Shown piece by piece: positions 57,972 to 64,000 of a stretch of DNA of 64,000 nucleotides. Each line of letters opens with the position of its first letter. Within the stretch, counting starts at the first letter, position 1. A model generated the notes under the pieces. It worked only from the letters and a program-made list of their open reading frames with translations, made no database searches and was not told the DNA's origin. Source of the DNA: an uncultured delta proteobacterium (GTDB taxonomy: Bacteria > Desulfobacterota > Binatia > UBA9968); assembly GCA_963804165.1 (NCBI GenBank), contig CAWDPO010000015.1, positions 1 to 64,000 of the forward strand, read 5' to 3'. The position numbers were made by a program, and so were the translations under genes.

Positions 57972-58907
57972 ATGGAATTCGGACTCCATTTGCCCGCGTC
58001 CACGGCAAGGGTCAAGGCGGAGGATCTCATCCGCTTCGCCCAGCGAGCCGAGACTCTGGGATTTTACTGCATCACCGTCGCGGACCACGTCATCGTTCCG
58101 CGCGACATCTCGGTACCGTATCCCTATACCACCGACGGTAAATATCCCGGCACGGGATACCACCTGGAAACACTAATGACCATGGGGTTTCTCGCCGGCG
58201 CGACGCAGCGCATTCGCTTTATCACCAGTGTCATGATCCTGCCGTACCGCAATCCCGTTGTTACGGCGAAGATGCTCGCGAGCCTCGACGTATTGTCTGG
58301 CGGGCGCGTGATCGTCGGCGCGGGCGTCGGCTGGATGAAGGAAGAATTCGAGACGCTGCGCACCGAGCCGTTCGCGGAGCGCGGCAAAGTTACTGACGAG
58401 TATATCGCCGCGTTTCGAGAGCTGTGGACCAGCGACAATCCGAGTTATAGCGGCAAATATTGCAACTTCTCCAACATCGTCTTTCTGCCCAAACCTGTGC
58501 AGAAAACGATCCCGATCTGGATCGGCGGTCACAGTAAACAAGCGATCCGCCGCGCCGCGCGCCTGGGCGACGGCTGGCATCCCATTGGCGGCGTGCCGAC
58601 GATTCCTCTGGAGCCAGAGGACGTCGCCGCAGATCTGTCGATGCTGAGAGACTACGCCGAAAAAGCCGGGCGCGATCCTAAAACAATCCGTGTCGCTTTG
58701 AAGGGCTCGCTCTTCGACCGTGAAAAACAAATTACGCCGGGAAAACGACGGCGCTTTATCGGCAGCGCCGAAGAGATCGCGTCGGACATCCGCGACTATC
58801 GCGCTGTAGGTGTCGACACGATGATCTTCGACGTGCGCAGGCCGAGTGTCGCGGAAACATTGGAGAGGATGGAGTGGATGGCCAAGGACGTGTTTCCAAA
58901 AGTGTAG
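57972..58907 (+). CDS. LLM class (putative F420-dependent) oxidoreductase
   Basis: ADHVIVP, SLDVLSGGR, GVGWMKEEF, PIWIGG, GDGWHP. Confidence 0.9.
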   Translation: MEFGLHLPASTARVKAEDLIRFAQRAETLGFYCITVADHVIVPRDISVPYPYTTDGKYPGTGYHLETLMTMGFLAGATQRIRFITSVMILPYRNPVVTAKMLASLDVLSGGRVIVGAGVGWMKEEFETLRTEPFAERGKVTDEYIAAFRELWTSDNPSYSGKYCNFSNIVFLPKPVQKTIPIWIGGHSKQAIRRAARLGDGWHPIGGVPTIPLEPEDVAADLSMLRDYAEKAGRDPKTIRVALKGSLFDREKQITPGKRRRFIGSAEEIASDIRDYRAVGVDTMIFDVRRPSVAETLERMEWMAKDVFPKV

Positions 58908-58987
58908 TGCGATTTTTCTAAAGGTCGCTGAATATCTCATGGTTTCCGATTTAAGTATCGGCCGTTGCCAAGAAGCTGCGGAATAAT

Positions 58988-59053
58988 GTCATCCTGAGGC
59001 AACGCCAAAGGATCTCGCCTTGGCGACTTACGCTTCGGACGAGATTCTTCACT
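58988..59053. repeat. REP-like pair (GTCATCCTGAG..AGGATCTC ... GAGATTCTT)
   Basis: Typical GTCAT-headed inverted pair; second arm degenerate. Confidence 0.55.
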
Positions 59054-59149
59054 ATGTCGCGCGACCGCCCTTCGGCTTGAGGCCAAGAGAACGTTCGTCA
59101 TGCCGACCCTTCGACGGGCTGCTGCTATGTGGATGTCAAGTCAATAACT

Positions 59150-59304
59150 CGCAAAGGCTCTTAAATTCTCCTATGACTTTTTCTCCCTACCCACCCAAGA
59201 GAGACTCGCTGCTATACGTGGCACGGCACTGGGCCGTCACACTGACTTGCGATGCGCCCTCTTTGGCACTAAGCCCCGGGATCTCTGTCTCAAGGGTCGA
59301 ACCT
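59150..59304 (-). ncRNA. Predicted bridge/seekRNA region
   Basis: Non-coding, downstream of the transposase; stems flank matches to the IS end junction. Confidence 0.6.
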
Positions 59305-60462
59305 TCAGGAGTCTTGTTCTCCTGGTACTGGCCGTCGTCGAGTCGTTCCCTGGGGCACAGTCTCCTCTTGGGTCAAAGGAGCCGATTGAACTTTTTCTCT
59401 CACTTCGTAAGGTCTTTGTTGCATCAACACCACCGCGGCCCGCACACACAGTTTATGGGCCACCGCCACAATGGCCACTCGAGGACCGAGATGACGCGGA
59501 TGTTTTTTCGCCACGGTGCGGAAGAACTCTCTCAACTCGCCGTCCTGGCGGATCGCCGACCAAGAGGCTTGAATGAGTTTGCTGCGCAGTCTTGGATCTC
59601 CGCTGTGAGTAATCGAGCCGCGAGTGGTTCTCTCTCCGGTGGAGCTCTCGGTGGGTACCAACCCCACAAAGGCCGGCAGCTCACGAATGTTATTGATCTG
59701 GCGCCAGTCCCCGATACGGGCCATCATCTGGCTGGCCACGATCCAGCCGATCCCAGGAAGCGTTTTCAGATACTCGATACACCGAGACAGTTCCGGGTCG
59801 TTGTGGCAAAAGCGGCGAATCTCACGGGTGACCTTAAGGACTTGCTTCTCCCCAAACTCCAGATTGTCCAGCAACTGATCGAGCTTAAAGCGCACCACCG
59901 AAGAGCAGGGAAGCTTTCTCAGCTTGGCTTTGACCAAAAACGACCACTGGCTGCCGGCCGGAGCCGGGGGAAACTCCAGCCCTTCCATCAGCAACAGCGA
60001 TTTGATGCGTTGCTTCATCGCCACCACCTCGCTGACCAGAGCGTCGCGCAGTTGAGTCAAGTGACGCAGCTCTCGATACAAGGTTGTGGGCACATGAATG
60101 CTCTTGAGCTGTCCGGCGCGCAGATTCTCTGCCAATCCCACGCTGTCGAGCCGATTGGTCTTCACTCGCTGTCCTGGCGCTTTGGGGATCATCGATGGAG
60201 AGGCGATCAAGCAAGGGTACCGTTGAGCGACCAACCCGTCATACAGTCCATAGCCCGTCGGTCCCGCCTCATAGGCAAAGGCTACTTTCTTATCGCCATA
60301 GTGCTTACGAACATGGTTTACAAGATACTCGACATTGTACGGCATGCGCATCGACTTCACAGATCCCTGATGATCGGTAAAGGTCACCGAAATGCTTTTC
60401 TTGTCCACATCGAGTCCGCCAAACACATCGTAATCGCGAGGGATGAAAGTTTCGATTCCCAT
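59305..60462 (-). CDS. IS110 family transposase/recombinase
   Basis: GLDVDK, YEAGPTG, KTNRLDS (DEND variant of DEDD), PGIG, GLVPTESSTG. Confidence 0.95.
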   Translation of the reverse strand: MGIETFIPRDYDVFGGLDVDKKSISVTFTDHQGSVKSMRMPYNVEYLVNHVRKHYGDKKVAFAYEAGPTGYGLYDGLVAQRYPCLIASPSMIPKAPGQRVKTNRLDSVGLAENLRAGQLKSIHVPTTLYRELRHLTQLRDALVSEVVAMKQRIKSLLLMEGLEFPPAPAGSQWSFLVKAKLRKLPCSSVVRFKLDQLLDNLEFGEKQVLKVTREIRRFCHNDPELSRCIEYLKTLPGIGWIVASQMMARIGDWRQINNIRELPAFVGLVPTESSTGERTTRGSITHSGDPRLRSKLIQASWSAIRQDGELREFFRTVAKKHPRHLGPRVAIVAVAHKLCVRAAVVLMQQRPYEVREKVQSAPLTQEETVPQGTTRRRPVPGEQDS

Positions 60463-60690
60463 CGTAGTGCCTCCCTGGTCCAACGGCCGATAAGTTTCGG
60501 CCACTGTACTATCACGGAGCACTCGCGGTACAGCTCGACATCCCTCATACAAGTCTCAGGGTTAATTCCAACCGGCATCCAGGTTCGTTTTCAGTTCGAG
60601 TTCGAAACCCACCCGGCTTCGACAAGGCCAAAAAGAAAAGACCCGTCAGGACTGCTCCGCGCGCTAATTTCCCTCAAGTCGCAAGAGAGC

Positions 60691-61542
60691 CTATAGCCCC
60701 GCCTTGGGCTGGGGAATATCCGCCGGCCAGTTCTCGATGTAAACCGGCTCCGGCGGAAAGCCGAGGACATTGAGATAGAGATACTCCCGCCATGCGGGAA
60801 ATCTCCGCACGTTTTCCACCGGCACGTTGAAATATTTCCGCAGAAACTCGCGGCGCGGCGGATCGAAGACCGTGCGCGGGCGGCTGTTGAGCGCTTGCCT
60901 TTCGATCTCGCCGATACGCCGGCGAATCGGCGCCTCGCCCCAGATCTCGATCTGCTCCCACACGTAGTCGTGGAGTTTCTGCAAAATGGCGTCGTGATGG
61001 CTCCGCTCTTCGGCATGCACCACGCGTTCTTCGAAATCGAGCAGCTTCGGTGTTGTTATCTGGATGCTCTGGATGCTCGCTGCGGTGACGTGGCCGTAGG
61101 GCCACAAGTTGCCGGAAAAAATGTAGCTCAAAAAATCGCGCTTCATGATCTGGTGGTGCTCGACGCGCGGTGTCAGACCGTATTGCCGCTCAAACTCAGG
61201 GTCGGGTTTGGAGTGATCGCGGCTTGGGTCGATGGCATTGGCTTGGCGGATGTACCCCCAGCCGTGGCCGGCCTCGGTGCCGGCATGTTCGGCGAGAAAA
61301 TAACGCCATTCGCAGTCCATTTCGAAGTGCGCCATGGCGTAACACGCCGTGCCGACCGTGACTTCGAGCTCGTCGCGGCCGCGGTGCGCCAGCCAGCGGG
61401 CCAAACGTTCGCGCTCCTCGTCGTCCTTAGGCGGCCGCTTGATATTGTCGCGACTTTTGCGCAGTGCCTCGATCTCCGCGCCGATCGGATTGTCCTCACT
61501 GTACGTGATTTTTTTCCCGACTCCCCTGATATCTTCTGCCAT
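60691..61542 (-). CDS. Ferritin-like (putative diiron) hypothetical protein
   Basis: DELE, EAGH and EERSHH (ExxH-type) motifs. Confidence 0.55.
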   Translation of the reverse strand: MAEDIRGVGKKITYSEDNPIGAEIEALRKSRDNIKRPPKDDEERERLARWLAHRGRDELEVTVGTACYAMAHFEMDCEWRYFLAEHAGTEAGHGWGYIRQANAIDPSRDHSKPDPEFERQYGLTPRVEHHQIMKRDFLSYIFSGNLWPYGHVTAASIQSIQITTPKLLDFEERVVHAEERSHHDAILQKLHDYVWEQIEIWGEAPIRRRIGEIERQALNSRPRTVFDPPRREFLRKYFNVPVENVRRFPAWREYLYLNVLGFPPEPVYIENWPADIPQPKAGL

Positions 61543-61564
61543 GACGACCTCCGAAAAATTATCC

Positions 61565-62569
61565 TTATTTCGTCGAATAGAGCGACCTGACAAATCCTTC
61601 CTTTTCAATGCGCTCGAGCAAACTCATATCCAACACGCCGAACGGGTTGCGACTGGACGGCGCAGTTGAAAGCTTGACTACCGTCTCGATCGCTTCCTTG
61701 GGAACCGTCGGTACACGCTCGTATGCCGCGACCGCACGCTGATAGACTTCTTCGAGAGTTTCCGGATCGGTGAGCCGCATGTTTCGGCTCAATGCTTTCT
61801 TTGCCATATCGGGATTGGTCAACGCAAGTTTGATCCCGTGAAGTATCCCTTTGAGAAATCGCTCCAACGGCGCCGATGATTTTTCCAACGCGGCTCTGGT
61901 GGTGACGACCGAAGTGAAGGGGCACGGGATCCGCGCCGTGGCCAGATCCAAGACCATGCGCATGCCGGTTTTTTTAGCTTCGATGGTATCGGCCGGTGAC
62001 AAAAGCGCGGCGTCGACAACACCCGTGAACAGGGACTGGGAGACGAGCCCCAAACGGCCGAACGCCACCAGTTTCACGTCCCTCAGTGGATCGAAGCCCG
62101 CTCGTGTGAGTAAAATCTGGTTGGCTAAATTGAGCGACGTCCCCGGTGGAGTGTTTGCAATCAGCTTTCCTTTGAGATCCTTGAGCTGAGAAATCTCCGG
62201 CTTCGCCCAAAGTTGAAAGGGCACGATGTTTACGAGCCCGCTGATGATCCGAACGTCCACGCCTTTCAGATAGGCGCTCAGCGCTTGGCCGCCGCCCACG
62301 ATGGCGACCTGCAAGCTGCCCGAATCGAGGGCACGTATCATGGTCGTGCCCGCCGATTGGGTCAATTCGACGTTCACACCGTAAAGGTCGAACAACTTCT
62401 GATCGACGGCCAAGTAGCCCGCCAACTGAGTTGAGCTCGCTCCAGAAAATCCCAGCCGGAGAGATTCCGCTGCCCAAACGATCACGCAGTTATGAGCGAG
62501 CGTGAACGCTGCGAGAGCAAGGACCACGGTTGACTTGGCGAAGAAACAGAAAATATTTTTCGACAGCAT
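61565..62569 (-). CDS. ABC substrate-binding protein, NMT1/SsuA-like
   Basis: Signal peptide, LKDLKGK, GVVDAALL. Confidence 0.85.
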   Translation of the reverse strand: MLSKNIFCFFAKSTVVLALAAFTLAHNCVIVWAAESLRLGFSGASSTQLAGYLAVDQKLFDLYGVNVELTQSAGTTMIRALDSGSLQVAIVGGGQALSAYLKGVDVRIISGLVNIVPFQLWAKPEISQLKDLKGKLIANTPPGTSLNLANQILLTRAGFDPLRDVKLVAFGRLGLVSQSLFTGVVDAALLSPADTIEAKKTGMRMVLDLATARIPCPFTSVVTTRAALEKSSAPLERFLKGILHGIKLALTNPDMAKKALSRNMRLTDPETLEEVYQRAVAAYERVPTVPKEAIETVVKLSTAPSSRNPFGVLDMSLLERIEKEGFVRSLYSTK

Positions 62570-62839
62570 TGAAGAGTCTGGCCGCGTGTAGGTATTTGGC
62601 CTCTAAAGATCAGGTCCGAAATTCCTTCTAACACTCAACTGCCGGAAATCGCAACCAAAAGAAGTCTGCTTTCTCTCCCCGTTTGCACTGTAGATATTGG
62701 ATCGGACTACGGATCGTGGAAACACAGATGAGCTGCCGGGTTTTATCAACTGAGCGCGATAGCCGCAACGAATAGTCGACGGTGCAAACCGACGAATTCC
62801 GACTATTCGGATTGACCTTTCGTACACACGCCCGAGCGA

Positions 62840-63493
62840 ATGATGTATTATCCGCGGCGGGTTATGCGAACACTCCTTGTTTTAGCAATTATCATCGCAC
62901 TCGTCCTTGGCTTTGGTTACTATCACGCCGCCACTCACGGCTGGCTATACATCGACTTAGTCGACACTTCACAAAAGTCTCATTCCGCCAATCTTCGCGA
63001 CGCCGAAATTCGCTTGCTCGATGGTCAAGGCAGGTTCCTCGCCAACGCCAAGTCTGATCACAAATACGGCGTGGTTCGGCTCATCCATCCCGAGGCCGGA
63101 GATTGTTCAGTCGAAGAGCGCAACGCGTCGTCGTCATCATCGGCGCGCGATCAGTGGCAGAAGTGTTTTGAAGCCTTATCGACTTGGTTGATCGGCTGGG
63201 TACGTCAGGTTCGCATTGCCGACGTAAAGTTCGCGGGCTGCGATCTCAAACGAGTACCGGTAGATCTAAACGAAAGCCGTGAAGATTGGTGGCTTTGGTG
63301 GGTGCCGCTGCCGCATATCGGCGGTAAGCCGTTTACTTATTTCCGCGTGCCGATCAGAGTCGACGGCGCGAATTGTTCGCCGCTCGATAAACATCTCGCC
63401 TCATTGTATCCCCGTTACGATCGTTCCATTTGTATCTTCTTCGAGGCCTTCGGCGCAATGCGTCCATCGAGGCCGTCAATGGCCGCCGTTTGA
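62840..63493 (+). CDS. Hypothetical membrane-anchored protein
   Basis: N-terminal TM; WWLWWVPLPHIGG motif; 3' end uncertain. Confidence 0.6.
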   Translation: MMYYPRRVMRTLLVLAIIIALVLGFGYYHAATHGWLYIDLVDTSQKSHSANLRDAEIRLLDGQGRFLANAKSDHKYGVVRLIHPEAGDCSVEERNASSSSSARDQWQKCFEALSTWLIGWVRQVRIADVKFAGCDLKRVPVDLNESREDWWLWWVPLPHIGGKPFTYFRVPIRVDGANCSPLDKHLASLYPRYDRSICIFFEAFGAMRPSRPSMAAV

Positions 63494-63798
63494 CTCTGGT
63501 CACAGGGATCCTACGAGGGAAACGTCCATCCCGCCCGGACGCTAAAACGTAATCTTTGAAACTGTGAAACGGTATTTCGTCAGGCCCGTCTCTGATTACC
63601 GGTTATCCTCACCGTATAAATTTGGGGCAGGCGCGCAAAATTTGCCTATACAAAAATGAACGCCTGGCAATAAAAGGAGTTTCAATAAAAGTCACATTTG
63701 CTTCTCTGAAGGTGATGAATTTCCTAGTCTCGCCAAGGAACTCCTTAAATACCTCCCCGTTGTGAGCAAAGCATGCCACGCTTCGACCGGCACCGGTA

Positions 63799-64000
63799 AT
63801 GCAATACCGTTCGTACGTGGCCTGCAAACAAAAGATACTCATCGTCGAAGACAATTCCGACTGCCGAGAACTGCTCGCTCTCGTTCTCAGACGATCGGGC
63901 TACGAGGTTGCTGAAGCGGCAACGGGGCTCGCGGCCGTAGAACAAGCATATGCAACCCAGCCTGATTTAATTCTTATGGATCTGGGCTTACCGGGAATTA
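63799..64000 (+). CDS. Response regulator receiver domain (partial)
   Basis: KILIVEDN...PDLILMDLGLPG; runs off the window. Confidence 0.85.
   Translation, partial: MQYRSYVACKQKILIVEDNSDCRELLALVLRRSGYEVAEAATGLAAVEQAYATQPDLILMDLGLPGI

Larger units (their letters stand above)
59124..60554 (-). mobile_element. IS110-family, IS1111-type insertion sequence
   Basis: Sub-terminal IRs GGATGTCAAG/GGATGTCGAG; CT core at 59122-23 and 60555-56; removing it restores a REP. Confidence 0.88.

Noticed and set aside
59020-60696. 558-aa plus-strand ORF
   Set aside because: Antisense shadow of the IS110 transposase; it crosses both IS ends and has no recognisable motifs.

Overview
GC-rich bacterial window. 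The many amidohydrolase, LLM, Rieske and NMT1 genes suggest a Binatota/deltaproteobacterium-like organism (inference). Many genes carry single-base indels that look like long-read errors. (1) 1-25.6 kb is an all-minus-strand block: an AI-2E/TolC/HlyD/DUF2955/channel operon, a GH63-like glycosidase, Cax and K+ channel genes, and a fumarate-respiration cluster (NapC-type cytochrome, frdC-frdA-fumC-frdB, two DASS carriers, aspA, a Popeye-domain gene). Three intergenic regions here share the palindrome ATTGGACCTTAGTCCAA (DosR-box-like). (2) 26.0-32.0 kb is an integron cassette array with no integrase in view: 7 plus-strand genes separated by attC sites, ending in an atypical class A beta-lactamase. 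It lies directly upstream of a solo dnaE2 that carries an in-frame REP-like insertion. (3) An IS1182 sits inside a REP-like repeat. (4) 37.5-58.9 kb holds housekeeping and catabolic genes. (5) An IS1111-type IS110 element (59124-60554) sits at a CT core inside a REP. It has a readable circle-junction promoter and a 3' non-coding region with a predicted bridge/seekRNA donor-binding loop. No rRNA, tRNA or CRISPR array was seen.
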